Below, piece after piece: positions 49,953 to 63,469 of a stretch of 64,000 nucleotides of DNA. Source of the stretch: Parasitella parasitica NRRL 2501. Taxonomy: Eukaryota; Fungi; Mucoromycota. The notes under the pieces were generated by a model that searched no databases, was not told where the DNA came from, and saw only the letters and a program-made list of their open reading frames with translations. Where the stretch lies: assembly GCA_025201805.1 (NCBI GenBank), contig MU619283.1, positions 1-64,000 on the forward strand, in the 5' to 3' direction. The number at the start of each line of letters is the position of its first letter. The first letter of the stretch is position 1. Made by a program: the position numbers and the translations under genes.

Positions 49953-52209
49953 ATGTCCAGCAATCCTGATATTCCTGATAAACTGTATTATCTGGGTAAG
50001 TTAAGGTACCGCAAAGGTTTAAATCTGCTGTTAATCCCATTTTACCACACATAGACGATGATTTTTCTGTACGTTCGCTTCGAAAGTATCAGCTCAAAGA
50101 AATCCTGAGCACGCACAATATCCCCTATTTTCAAGGCATCACTCGACCCGATCTAATCAAGCTGTTCAAAAAGAATATTGAAGCTCGACGTGACGAAATC
50201 CTGAGTGAATACAAGGCAGCTACATTGGCCGAAAAGCAAGCTGAAATTACCCAAGAATTAGGACGTGGACACAGGGCCTCTCATAAGCCAACTAAATTCA
50301 CAGACGTGTCAGTCAATGTGCCTAAACGCCGCCGACCGCATACTGATGAGGAGCGCATTTCATCAGTCAAGAAGGATAAAGATGGGTACGCTATCCCTGC
50401 CATTCCTGCAAATAGAAGAAAGACTGTGCCTGCATTTAATCCCGAAGACTCATTCGACGAAGATGATAATTACTTTATTGCTGCTTCCCCGCATCACGTT
50501 GCGCCGCAGATTCATGCGCAAAAGGTCGCTACATCCACCAGTAAGCTCACTAGTGAAGCTAAAAAACCAAGAGTACCAGCAGCACCAGTACGAAAGTCTG
50601 CGAGAAGAACTAAGCTTGATCCTCCTAAATTCAATCCTGAAGATTCGTTTGCTTCATCTGACGAAGAAGGGTACAGCACAACAAAGCGCGAAGCCCGTCC
50701 AGAATCACCAAAAAATAAAAGTGAGAATGGAAAAGTTACATTTGGCAAGGAAACAGCAGAAGACGAAGATAATGGAGATTCCGACTATCAAGTAGATGGA
50801 GACGTTTCTGATGACGAAGACGACGAATTGGGCCAAGTTGACAAAGAAGAGTTGGTTCAACTGTACAAAGATCAGGCGATTCCAGTCGAAAAATTTGTTG
50901 CACCCGAATATACGATTTCTACTCGATCTCAAACCATGACTACTGCCAAAGAAAACGTGCTTCTTTGGAAAGCAAAATTCAGACAAATTGGCTGTGTTTT
51001 GTGTGGGGTATACATGTTTTTTGCCCTGATTTGCCTTGGTATCACAGCTTACGCACGTCAGAAGAATGGCTATTGCCAAAATTACCCTGATATCATAACC
51101 GAGAAGCCAGGTAAGGTCATTTAGGACATGGCAGATCAAACCTCAAGACTAAGACGTCAAACAGTTTCATCTTCCTTCTTTTCGTTATTCCCTTCTCCTT
51201 GCATTCCTTGTCCTGATCATGGTATTTGCGCTGGTGGGGAGTTGACTTGTGATACACTGTATGAGAGAAAAACGCCACTTTATAACATTGGCCACATGTT
51301 TCCCATTGCCGATGATTGCATCCACAACTCTGTACTTGGAAAATATGTCGCCAGAGTTGAGCGTAAAATCAAACACAAATTAGCTGTTCGTCAAGGAGAA
51401 TCCGCCTGCAAATATTTTCTCGCTCATGCAGACATTGAAGACACCGAACCAGCACCCATTGTTCGAGTTTTAGTCAAAGACATCTTGTCTGATTTAAAGC
51501 AAAACATCCAACCTGCTCTTCCAGCTGATAAAACTGATGAAATTATGATTATTGCATTAGCTACAGTACTAGAAGACCCCAAAATCCGCTATTGGGAAGT
51601 GTAAGTGCGAATTGTGGATGGGTGCTATAGCGTAAATTAACGGTTGCTTTAAATAGCGATGGAGACAGGTATTTAGGAACAGAATATTTCCACTATTCCA
51701 CCAAATGCCAGCTTCAAAGGCTGTACAAAAAGACTCCATTCAATGTCAAGATGATGATCGTTAGTAAGTTGATTTTTCTTTTTTTATCATGCTTTGGTAT
51801 CTAAAATGTAACTTAGCTTTCCTGTCTGTTGTCTCTGCTTTTATTGGCGCATCGAGAGACTACAAAAAAAGCAAGATCTACAAACACAAGATTGACGTGC
51901 TTGTTAAGGATACAACAGAACGATTAATGAAACAGGTATTTTTTTTTCATCTAGTACATCTAGTAGCCCAAGCCTAATTTAAATAAATGTTATTTTTAGT
52001 ACGAAAACCATCTCAAGGATCCTATCCAATATCCTTCTGCTGCGATTTCTGTATCTCAAATACGATCGTCTCTTGTCGATGTTAATGACAGCAAAACCAT
52101 CAAAGACTGGCACAGCGTCGTTGAAAAAATAGAATCACATCCACACATTAGAAAATCATTCCAGGAAGTTCGTGGCGATCCTGTGGAGTATTGGGAGTTG
52201 ACCGTATAA
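49953..52209 (+). CDS. inner nuclear membrane Src1/Heh1/MAN1-like protein (HEH/LEM + MSC domain), multi-exon
   Basis: HEH-like FSVRSLRKYQLKEILSTHNIPY..DLIKLF, TM segment, GYC, CIPCPDHGIC, second TM, C-terminal EVRGDPVEYWE. Confidence 0.85.
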
Positions 52210-52399
52210 ATTAAAACTGTAGATAATAATCAAGGGGATGTTACACAAATTACACATGTATTTACTAAAAGATGAATTTCAAAAAATTAGAAGAAAATAC
52301 AAGTTTATTATTTATAAAGTGGTGGGTGTGAGTGTGAGTGTGATATAAGATTTCAAGATATAAATACAAGCTGCTGCCAAGGCATGGAGGGGGAAAAGA

Positions 52400-53354
52400 T
52401 TAGACACGTTTCCAGCCATAGCCGCCTCGAGAAGGATAGCGTTCGTTCCAGCCTCTGTATGAAGATGAATCACGTCTGATCATGCACCATTGGATCAAAC
52501 CGCCAACAACAGTAAGACCTAAGCAACCGCCAAGCATACCTCTTAGGGCGCTGTTTGCGGTTATTGCTGCATCAAGACTCTTTGCATGCAGCATTTGATT
52601 AACAATTTCCAAGAAACCGGTTTTAGCATAAACGTCGATACCACAGAAAATGGCAAAGGAGCCAATAAATGCCGTAGCAATGACGAACATGGGACGCTCC
52701 AAGAATGCCATCAGCACAATACCAATAACTATGAAGCAAACAATCAAGATGGCACGGCCCCAATTAGTCTGAATCAAACCATTTGTGTTCCATGATAATA
52801 ACCACAACGCGAACAAATAACCGAGCAGTGCGCCAAGTAAATAAACAGCCAAAAAGAAACAGCAGCACAATAAACCACCGGCTAAAATACCAACTACAAT
52901 GCTGACAACAAGCAAAATGGTGTCCGTGTTGCTTCCGTAGTCTGCTTTAGCGTTCGTCAAGATGATATAGGAAATATTGGCACCACAATAGAAGCCAACG
53001 ATAAACATGGTAAATTTTTGGAATACGCCTGGATTTGTGCTTAATACATGATTAATAATGGTATAAAAACATCCGGTTTACCTCCAAGGAAGCATAAATA
53101 GCCACCAGTGATAAATAGGATAACACTAAAAACGATGCCATGCACAGTTACAGAGTGCCCAGCAACTGATAAAATATGTAGGTTTAGTGTTTGGTTTTCA
53201 ATTGATCTGAATCTCGAAACTTACAATTAATGGTTGCCCCACTCCCTGATACATCACCAATAGGTGCAGCAGTGACAAAATCACCAAGGAACGTAACTAG
53301 CAGCGCTAGTAGTGAATATATAAAAAGCGTCGAATTCTTTTTGCCTAGAGACAT
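52400..53354 (-). CDS. DUF4203/TMEM198-like multipass membrane protein (3 exons)
   Basis: Signal-like N-terminus, GGYLCFLGG, TMFIVGF and ATAFIGSFAIFCGIDVY motifs; about 7 TM segments. Confidence 0.82.
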
Positions 53355-54371
53355 GTTATTTTTTTAAAAAAATAAAATATAAAAATAAAGTAATAATGGG
53401 TAATGAAAGAAAGAAAGGGATTAAACGGAAAGTTACAGCCTGTATTTATACAGAATATCATTTTTATTTGGCTAAAATTGGATCTGGTTTATTTATAAAA
53501 CTTTCTTGGCGCCTTATCCGAAATGGGGTACTATTGTAATCACGTATCAGGCTTTATCAGCCACATTCAAGTGGTTTCTGTACTACGAAACCCGAGTTTG
53601 CTCAAAAAAAAAAAAAAAAAAAAAAAGTATTTAGCCTTATTGTTTATATCACACGTTGACAGAACTGGGTATCGCTTGGTTGGCTGGGCAAGGTAAGGGC
53701 AAGAAGAATAAAAGCTTGAGCTGCCTCAAGCCGATAAAAAAGGGCTAGCGAAAATGCCAAGGAGAAAAGTCTACTAATAACGGATGCAATAGCAAAATTG
53801 TTGAACATCACTCATCGAACTGCGCCTACCCGAGGCACGATAAAAGATGAGGTATCAAATCTTGGGTATTATAATTATAAACTCCCATCCATCAGTATAA
53901 ATGTCAAGGTACGGCAACTGGGCACATAGAAAAGCATAGGCTGCATAATACTGAATGCGTCCAGAGTATATCTGCCACGTTCAAAGTAATCGCAGTTACA
54001 GAAATTATCTTCAGCCACTAAAATTTAGTAATCCCCCAGGCACACTAAGCTACAGTATGTACTTCATTTAGCATGTACAAATACTAATATGCAAGGTTTA
54101 AAATGTAATTTTCAGAAGGAGAGTTCCACCGTAGAAAATGGAGTATTTACAACAATATTATACGATACAAGTGGATTAAAGTATTGACATGGCCGAGTAA
54201 ACATAAACATGCATGCGATTGAGCGATGCAAGAAACATTGGTTGCTTATTCAAGCTTGCATTAATAAAGCATAGCCGGTCCCTGTTTGCCGGCGAAGCCA
54301 CCCATCATTGTGGTTTTTTTTTTTTTTTTTTTGAGAATCAAGATTTTTCATTTTGACATTTCTTTACAATA

Positions 54372-56027
54372 ATGGTTGCAGCAGCAGTTGTCGAAACTAA
54401 AAAACGTAAGCGCTCTCATGCTGATAAAAGAGCCAGCAAAAAGCAGCAAGAAGTAAGAAAGGGTGAGGGTAAGCCAGCCAAAGAAGATGATGTTGATGAA
54501 GACGTCGAGCAAGAAATGCCTGCTGAAGGTACACACATATAGGAAAGCTGTCTAAACACGCACTAACATGTTTAATATAGCTGCTGAAGAAGTCATTAAC
54601 TTTGATTTCGAAAGCCTTGATTGTAGTGAAAATACCAAGAAGGCTGTCAAAGATATGGGCTTTACTCAAATGACTGAAGTCCAGGCCAAAACCATCCCTC
54701 CTCTCTTGAAAGGTAGAGATGTTTTGGGAGCTGCCAAGACTGGATCGGGCAAGACAGTTGCATTTATGATTCCTGCCATTGAGCTATTGCTTCGCAACAA
54801 TTTTAAGCCTAGAAATGGTACTGGTGTGATTATTGTTTCTCCCACTCGTGAATTAGCTATTCAAATATACGGCGTTGCAGAGGAATTATGTAAGTACCAT
54901 AATCAAATCACTCATGGCCTTGTTATCGGTGGATCCAACAGAAAGGCAGAGACAGACAAATTGGTGAAGGGAGTAAACTTGTTGGTTGCTACACCTGGCA
55001 GGCTTTTGGATCATTTACAAAACTCACAAGGATTTGTGTTCAAAAACCTGCAGACACTGGTGATTGATGAAGCTGATCGTATTTTGGACATTGGTTTTGA
55101 GGAAGAGATGAAGCAGATTGTAAAAATTTTACCCAAAGAGCGTCAAAGCATGCTTTTCTCTGCCACACAAACTACCAAAGTGTCGGATCTTGCTCGCATA
55201 TCACTCAAGGCTGGACCTCTTTACATTAACGTCGATGAGAAGAAGGAAGCGTCAACAGCAGATGGATTGGAACAAGGCTTTGTCGTAGTCGAAGCAGATA
55301 AAAAGTTCTTGCTACTGTTTACTTTTCTTCGCAAGAACCAAAAGAAGAAAGTTATTGTCTTCTTCTCCAACTGCAACGCTGTCAAGTACTATTCCGAACT
55401 TTTAAATTATATCGATGTGCCAGTATTGGAGCTACACGGCCGCCAAAAGCAGCAAAAGCGTACATCCACCTTTTTTGAATTCTCGCAGGCAGAACGTGGT
55501 ATCTTGTTGTGTACAGATGTTGCTGCTAGAGGTCTAGATATCCCCGCTGTCGATTGGATTGTTCAATATGATCCTCCAGATGATACTCGTGACTACATTC
55601 ACCGTGTTGGAAGAACTGCTCGCGCTGGCGGAAAGGGTAAGGGGTTATTATTTTTACTGCCAAGTGAAGCTGGCCTCTTGAAATTCCTTAAAGAGGCCAA
55701 AGTTCCTTTGAACGAATATCAATTTCCTGATAACAAAATTACCAATGTACAGAGCCAGGTAAATTGAGACAAGGCTCCCTTCTTTAAATTGGTTTTTGGA
55801 TGTTTGCTAACACAATCTTTCTTGAATAGCTCGAGAAACTAATCGAAAAGAACTTTTATCTCAACCAATCTGCTCGTGATGCTTTTAGATCTTACTTGCA
55901 AGCCTATGCTACATATCATCTAAAACACATTTTCAATGTTGATAATCTTGATCTCACAAAGATTGCTAAATCGTTTGGTTTCAAGGTCCCTCCAAAAGTC
56001 AATTTGGCAATCTCTAGTTCTAAATAA
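54372..56027 (+). CDS. HAS1: DEAD-box RNA helicase Has1/DDX18 (3 exons)
   Basis: [41 protein letters not shown] and [10 protein letters not shown] motifs; final exon [22 protein letters not shown]. Confidence 0.95.
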
Positions 56028-56279
56028 TTTGCATTGCTTTCCTTGTCATTTGTTTCAGGAAAATGAGAAAAAGTTTCAAATTACTGAGAAGGTATATTTT
56101 GTCACTTTGATAAATTGAATGTCCTGTAACCAATAAATAAATGTCACTAATAGACCAATTCATGTATTAAACCGATTTTCATCTGCTTTTGTTTACCTAT
56201 TTTCTTTATGCATACATTATGTCTAATAATTTTGTCCTTTTGAAATATGAGAAATGTCACTAAAAAAGTTGATATAACT

Positions 56280-57690
56280 ACAGAATGTTCGTCTCTACTT
56301 TGGACTTTGAAAATTAGAACTTGAAAAAGTATGGTTTGTCTAGAAAGCAGTATAAAGTTGCCAGAGAAAGCTTTGCTGCAAAAGGCTTTGTTTTTTCTAG
56401 CGCTTTCTTATACCTTCAGTTGATCTGGCGTCTTCCAGTGTGGAAGGTCTTGTCAGACAAGTACCAAGCTGGGTTCTCTATATCCAGTTGCACAGTAGAA
56501 CAGCTAGTCAAACCTGTGCTATCTTTTCCATAATATTGAAATGGTTCAAAAAGTGCGCGTCTTTGTAAAGCTTTAGCGCCTGTTTTTTTTTTTTTTGGTC
56601 TAAGCGATTTTCAGTGTGTTGTTATTTGTCAGAAAAAAAGCAGAAACAGTAAGAAAACAATTTTCAGCGATCACAAAACACAAAAAAGTAATGCATTAGA
56701 CTAGAAGGCATCTTTTTATTATATATTTGCATAGCTTTGGAGTAAGTTTTTGCACTTTTTAAGTGGACATCAAATCAAGGTAGCGGCTTTTCTAACTTTT
56801 TTCAGAGGAGTATTTTTCAAAATCGGAGCGTGAGATCGTCAGACCAGGTTCAGACATGCAAGTACTACCATTGGAAAGCCAAGGAGCACACCATTTAAAT
56901 AAATTAGGCCTCAATTGTTTTTCTTTTGAACTGGGCAAGCTATGGCTTCTCAAAGCTAATGCTTTCTTCAAAAAACACCATTTATCTTTAATAGCGGATA
57001 TTAAACACTTCCAAAATCAGGAAAAACAAATTCTTTCAGAAACTCCATTTGGACAATTCGAAACCAAAATTACTCTTTTGAGGCAAAACATCATCCTCTG
57101 ATACTATGCGTATCATGGCTATCAGTCTATGATATTAGCTGTATTTTTGGGCGCTCTACACCATGGTATCATTTCATAATCTCAGTATGCTTATGGAAGA
57201 AATTCTGCAGAGAAAACCTTGAAAACAGATTGAGAGGGAAAAGTCAACATTTTGCTTAATCAGAGCGTATTTTCAGTCTTTCAGATCAAGGAATGGTCTT
57301 TTACGATCATTTTCCTCTAATATATGCCCTAGTAAAAAGTTGCGTTTTTGATGTCAAAATCGAGGATAATGCGTAATCGATGATTCTGCATATGTGGATA
57401 CAAGGAAAAAATCGAAAAAATCCGTCATTTTGCATCGAAAAAAAAATCATGCTTAAATTGCACCAAAATCATGTCTAATATAGTCTTTTCCCAACGGATA
57501 CAATTTTTGGTGTTTTCAAGGCACTTTTGATGATAAAATTCAATCAAAAAAATGGCACACGAAGCTAAAGTTCTTGCTTCAAGCTGTAAAAAACATCTAT
57601 CTGGAGATGATATCACGTCAATATCAAGTCTAGTACACGACACAACTCTATAAAGTAAGTATTTTCGATGCCACAAGTATACCTTTCTTC
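56280..57690. mobile_element. possible non-coding relic of a DNA transposon
   Basis: 1.4 kb without a credible ORF. Carries TTTCAAAATCGG, TACCATTGGAAAG and GGTATCATTT motifs often seen in non-autonomous DNA elements; right end AGTATACCTTT. No TIR pair confirmed. Confidence 0.25.
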
Positions 57691-58615
57691 ATAGTAATAT
57701 GATAAAACAGGTGTGGCTCATCGGGTTGGAAGCAAAAGAGAATAGTTAATGAATACAATGTTTTGCTGCAATAATACCTTGTTATTTATGAATAATTCAT
57801 CAGTTGCTAATTACTAGTGACAGAGAAACCCTATTACCGTTGATGCTTATAACAATGCTTAATGTCAGCTCAAGAGTTCCTTTTTTTGTGATATTATGCT
57901 AAGCATGCAAAATAGAAAGTAAAGTACATGTTAGGATTGAGGTCGAGGGTAATTTTACCAACAAAAGATAAGCTTCATAATAAGCTTCTGGTAGATTTCA
58001 ACTTCCAGGTTCCAGGTTCCAAGCTCCAGGCACTGTACTGTATACCGTACTAAATATAAATGCTTACTAAAAAAAATTACTCTACATCTACAAGCTAGAC
58101 AGCGAAACGCATCAACTTGCTGTCCGTAACAAGAATGCCGCCAAAAAAGTAAATAAACTGGGAACATTTGCTTAAATAAGCAGATTTTGCAAATTATTAC
58201 ACTACGCAATCCTTTTTGTCCGGCCAGCAAGTATAAAAAGTCAGGCCGACTTAAAATATGTCAATTTTGAGTCGGGTGTGATTGTGTGCGAAAAATATGT
58301 TTTTGGTTAATGTCCCTGATCGAGAAAATAGGTTGTCGCTCGACAAGAAAATAGAGTGTCTTTGTCCTCTTTGTGAGCGACAAATCATTTTCATGGCAAA
58401 CGACACTTTATTTCTGAGGCAACGAATATTCTTAATTCTGGGTCAGCGATACCAAATTTGCCGACAAAATATACCGGAAATAGTGTACATCTTACTAACA
58501 AGGTGGTGATTGGTGGGTCAGATTACGGTGCGGGGACGACGGATTCACTTTACATGTTGGAACCAGCCCTGTATTAAAAAAAAAAAAACCGCAAGCTCTT
58601 TTTCTACTTATACTA

Positions 58616-60131
58616 ATGTCATCTAAATTCTTGTTTTCTAAGCTTCCTAAACCCTTGTTGGGTATCAACAGAAGCATGATGGTAAAGGAAGCGATAAATG
58701 GCAAAACCACAATAGAGAGAAAACTAACATATTTTGCCATTTTTAGTACCGTCGTAGCCTTGCTACGGCAACTAACATGCTTCCTACTCTACGCAAAACC
58801 ATTCTGCCTAATGGATTTACTGTTGCTACTGAAGAGAATCCTGCATCTCAAACAGCGACTGTTGGGGTTTGGATTGATGCAGGCTCTCGTGCAGAAAATG
58901 AAAAGAACAATGGCGCTGCTCATTTCTTGGAGCACATGGCATTCAAGGTAGGCTTTTGTGCTAGTATTTTTTTTTTTTTTGGTTTTTGTTTGACTGACAT
59001 CTACTGCAGGGCACTAAATCCAGAACTCAAAGAGATTTAGAGCTTCAGATTGAGAATATGGGAGGACATTTAAACGCATACACCTCTCGCGAACAAACAG
59101 TGTATTATGCTAAAGCATTCAAGTACGATGTACCTCAAGCAGTTGAGATTCTCTCCGACATTCTGCAGCACTCGACCTTGGATCCTGGCGCGATTGAAAG
59201 AGAGCGTGATGTTATCCTCAGAGAGCAAGAGGAGGTCGAGAAGCAAATGGAGGAAGTTGTATTTGATCATCTGCACGCAGCGGCATTCAAGGATGAACCA
59301 TTGGGATTGACGATTTTGGGCCCCAAGGAAAACATTCAATCACTCACAAGAGACGACCTCTCCAATTATATCAAAGCCAACTATACCGGCGAGCGAATGA
59401 TATTGGTTGGTTCTGGTGGCATTGACCATGATGCGCTGGTTCGACTTGCTGAAACTCATTTTGGCCGTTTGCCAAACAAACTAGATGCCTCGACGAGCAA
59501 AAGTGCCATGAAAAAGGCAGTGTTCACAGGCGCGGACTTTAGAATCGACAATGGCAATGCTCAGAAGGCGCACATCGCAGTGGCAGTAGAAGGAGCCAGC
59601 TGGACCTCGCCCGATTACTTTCCCTTGTTGGTCATGCAATCTATTATTGGATCCTGGGATCGCTCGTTGGGAGCTACTGGCCATATGGACTCACGCTTAT
59701 CGTCCGTTTTACACAACAAGCAATTGGCCAATTCTTTCATGTCATTCAACACATCGTACAAAGACACTGGTCTCTGGGGCATCTACCTGATAACAGAAGA
59801 CATGGAGCGCATTGACGAACTGCTTAAATCCACCAAGAACGAATGGAGCCGCTTATCAACCTCCGTAACAGACGAAGAAGTCCAACGCGCTAAACAACAA
59901 TTGAAAGCTGGTCTGTTGTTAAGTTTAGATGGAAGCACACCTATTGCAGAAGACATTGGCCGACAATTATTGACTTCTGGCGATCGCATGTCACCAAAGC
60001 AGGTTGAGGAACTAGTCGCCAAGGTGAGAGTTGAAGATGTGCGACGAGTGGCTCGAGATTATTTGCAGCGCGATGCAGCTGTTGTTGGTATTGGTGCCGT
60101 TGATAAAATGCCAAACTTTAATCATATATAA
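58616..60131 (+). CDS. MAS1: mitochondrial processing peptidase beta / core protein (M16), 3 exons
   Basis: [28 protein letters not shown]|[11 protein letters not shown] and SYKDTGLWG motifs. Confidence 0.94.
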
Positions 60132-61104
60132 AAAGCTTAAATAAAATACTCTAATATGTAGACTATGTAATAAACATGCGTCCGGTTCAAACCTTGTTAA
60201 TGGTTCAACTACGGTACAACTTTATGCCAGAAACCGCAGCTCGATCTTGGGAGCTCCAAAATGAACAAATATGTGTACTGTCCATATGCATACATTGCTT
60301 TTCGAACGAAACGCTTGCCTGGCTGAACTAGAGCTGATTTTTGTCCACAACAAGACTGTTTGTGCGTCGTTTTCTGGTTTGCAGTGCTATTGTCCGTGCT
60401 TTCCCTGACCTTGCGCATAACTCGTCTCTTTAGCATCTATATATATCCAATTTGTAATACATTGAGGGTGCTGGCGTCTTTGCTCTGGTTCTTGTGCCAA
60501 AGACCAACAAGCATTTGAAATCTATTGTTATCAAAGACAACAATGGAAGTTGTGTATATTTATATACATTTGCACGTTTTGCAATGAATTTTAATTTAAC
60601 ACAATTACAGATTTTCCTTGATGGCTGTCGAAGTTTGACATATCATCAAAAATATAGTGCTGCCACTAGTTTTTTCTCGCCTACGACAGAGAGCCGTGAT
60701 TATAGTTGGAACAAAGAACAGATGGCGCAGAGATTTCAACGTGAATTGTATCTGCCATCAGACAAAAAGAGATTATCTAGATTTTGCAACCTCATTCGTC
60801 TTGTTATCGGGTGGTGTATAGTGGTATTGTATTTCTCGTAAACAAATACCATTTGCGCATACAAAACCCTTTGCCATCAAGCACTTGATGACGATCAAAG
60901 CTCACAAAATGAATGTGATACCAACTACTATTTATTCAGTTGTGCAACAAAGAGAAAGCAGCAGCTCTTTCAGACGCCATAACTTGATAAGAATTGACGT
61001 TGTTGCACAAATTCATGAAGCAATGCACTGACAATGTCTTTGGTGAACAAAACAATACTGGTTTACGGATAGCCAAACATTAATTGTGTTGCTATGAATT
61101 GAGA

Positions 61105-61135
61105 ATATATACATATATATATGTGTGTGTGTGTG
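61105..61135. repeat. (AT)n-(GT)n microsatellite
   Basis: ATATATACATATATATATGTGTGTGTGTGTG. Confidence 0.85.
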
Positions 61136-61175
61136 CAGTTCCCACGGTCCTTTTTTCAGTAATTTATTCATACAC

Positions 61176-62611
61176 ATGTCAGAAAGGTATCCTACAAATG
61201 CAGTAGCATTTAATACAATGGAGCCAAAAGTAACTAGTGCTCAATCAAACGCATCACAAAAGGGGGCCATCTATTCTAACCCCTCAGAACAATTTCCTGC
61301 TACTGAAGAAACATCCATTCCTGGATCATCAGAAGCAGAAGCACCGATGGTGCCATCCACCACAGTGACAGCTGTGGAGGCTACGCTTGCCGAAGTGACT
61401 CAAAGTCCGTCCTATGCCACGACAACTCAAGTCTCCACTGCTAATATAGATGCCGCCACTACTGGGGACACCCAAATCCACGCCGCCACTACACATGCAC
61501 CTAAAATCGATCATCAACAAATGGCCCCAAGCTGCCAACCAACGGCTGGTATTCAGAGTATTGTTTCGAATCCAATGCCAATAACGACCGAAACTTCAAT
61601 AACTCCTGCTACTTTTCTTATCAACAATCCAGTCTCGACACCGCTTTGTATCTCAAACAGTTTTGCAGCAACCACTTCTTCTAATGCTTGTTTATCCACA
61701 TCAGAAGAAGCTGCAGCTGCTAAAGTCGCTGTGGGCCAGATGGCCGCTATTGTAGTAGCCCTACTGGGAGTGTTCGGTATTTTTGTTGCATGTATCCTAG
61801 TTAAGAAGCGCAAGCGAACCAAAAAAAAAAAAAAAAAGGAACAGTATCACCCGTTTTTCTACATGAATGAACCCACGGACCAACAAGAGACAAGCCTAAG
61901 CAGCGAAACGTTTGTTCATCGCAGCAACGAAGCACTGTGTCAATTTTATGAAAATGAGCGGCCTGCACCCAATCAAACAAGCGATTTGAGCGAAAATGTG
62001 TGTGATGGCAACGTATTTTACAACAACAGCACATCCTATCACCGCAGTAATAGTGTCGTGAGCCATCATGAGATCCATAAAGCATTGACAGTGATCACAA
62101 GTCCTGCGGAATCGCATCAGCGTCACACGACCTCGCTTCTTGGTAAAGCAAACATGGATCCTATTATGACTGTTGAGGTAAATTTATTACATGCTTTTTG
62201 ATGTCAGGGTATAATGTGGTCACCCATGTGTGGTAGACTACTACGTCGCTGCATCCTCATAATAAGCAAACTGGAGGCAGTGAATTGAACAAGCAACGAT
62301 TGTCTACAGACGCTGACGCTGTCGCTGACAGCTATACTCTGTCAGCAATGCGACTATTTCACTCCTGTGCCAGCAGAAACACGGTCATGGCAGCACAATC
62401 TATGTCTCCTGCGAGTCCTTTCGCAAGCAGCAGCGTGAGGCAGCAGTACTGGCCGTCGTTGCATGATTCAATATTTTGGGCCAGTCAAGGTAACTGCAGT
62501 GCGGACGTTTTTAGTATGTACAATTCAATCTCTACCAACGAATCAAGAAGCACGATTCTCGCGCCATCGTCGACAAGAAAGCTCGCTGGATTCGCATTTT
62601 CCGTCTCATAA
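61176..62611 (+). CDS. Ser/Thr-rich single-pass membrane protein; intron 62178-62236
   Basis: S/T/A/P-rich region, TM MAAIVVALLGVFGIFVACILV, then KKRKRTKKKKKK. GTAAAT..TAG joins it to ORF 62285 in frame. Confidence 0.72.
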
Positions 62612-62829
62612 CATGTCATTTGGGAGGATAATTTGAGTTGAGAAAATTGTACATGTAGTATATCAATAAAAATTGAAAAAAGGGAGATGAAATCGAACTC
62701 TATTACAATGAAAAATGCGTGGAGAATTAGAGAGGAGAGGGTAAGGGGCGCCTCCTGCAAAATGTAGATTAATGTGAAATTTAATCTTTGTTCTTCTTGC
62801 GTAAAATAAAAGTAATTCAACCTACAATA

Positions 62830-63423
62830 ATGCAGCAAGATCTACAAGACCAGGAAAAGGTGAAAACAGTTGTCAACGGACTATTTGATCAAGTTACAGA
62901 CTTGGTAAACGAGTCAAAGCAATGGCCAGTGATTTATAGGCACAGCTACAGTACATTTTTTCAACGGTCAAGCACACACGCTGCAGATCAAGTCACTTTT
63001 GATCAATTACGTTCATTTGCTCCATCTCAATCACAGCTTCAATGAAACCAAATACATAACGCAACTGACAGATGCCATTTTGTTGCGAAAAATAAATGAT
63101 GAAGCAGACTTGATTTGGCTCGGTTTTAAAACGCTCGTGCCTTGTTCCAATCGAGAATTCGTTGAGCTAGTAGCTACTCGAAAGCATGGCAGGTCCTTCA
63201 TGGCAGTGAGTCAGCCTTTCGAATACCACAGCAAAAAAGAAAGGGCCATGTGCGTGGTGCTTATAAAGCTTGGGAGTTGGTCAATGAAATCGAAAATGAA
63301 AAGGGAGAGAAGATGGTCGAATGGACCTGTTTCCAACATTCATCAGTAGGTGGGTTAATACCTAGTTTCATATCTGATTTGATTACAGCCATTTATGTTA
63401 AATGCATTATTAAATATAAATAG
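62830..63423 (+). pseudogene. START/SRPBCC-like (DUF3074-like) gene with two frameshifts
   Basis: FDQLRS/LLHLNHSFNE..SNREFVELV..VSQP/KGHVRGAYKAWELV..VEWTC..GGLIP continues across frames 1, 2 and 1 without splice signals. Confidence 0.65.
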
Positions 63424-63469
63424 GAAAGAAATGGTATTAATTTTATAAATATATAGAAAATAAAGAAAG

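Noticed and set aside
54296-54332. hairpin plus long T-run resembling an intrinsic terminator
   Set aside because: This is a eukaryotic promoter; a poly(dT) nucleosome-excluding tract is the simpler explanation.
54372-56027. Mucorales sex-locus RNA helicase (rnhA)
   Set aside because: The motifs are Has1-specific, and there is no adjacent HMG-box or triose-phosphate transporter gene.
60209-60436. 75-aa minus-strand ORF
   Set aside because: No recognisable domain or convincing splice structure.
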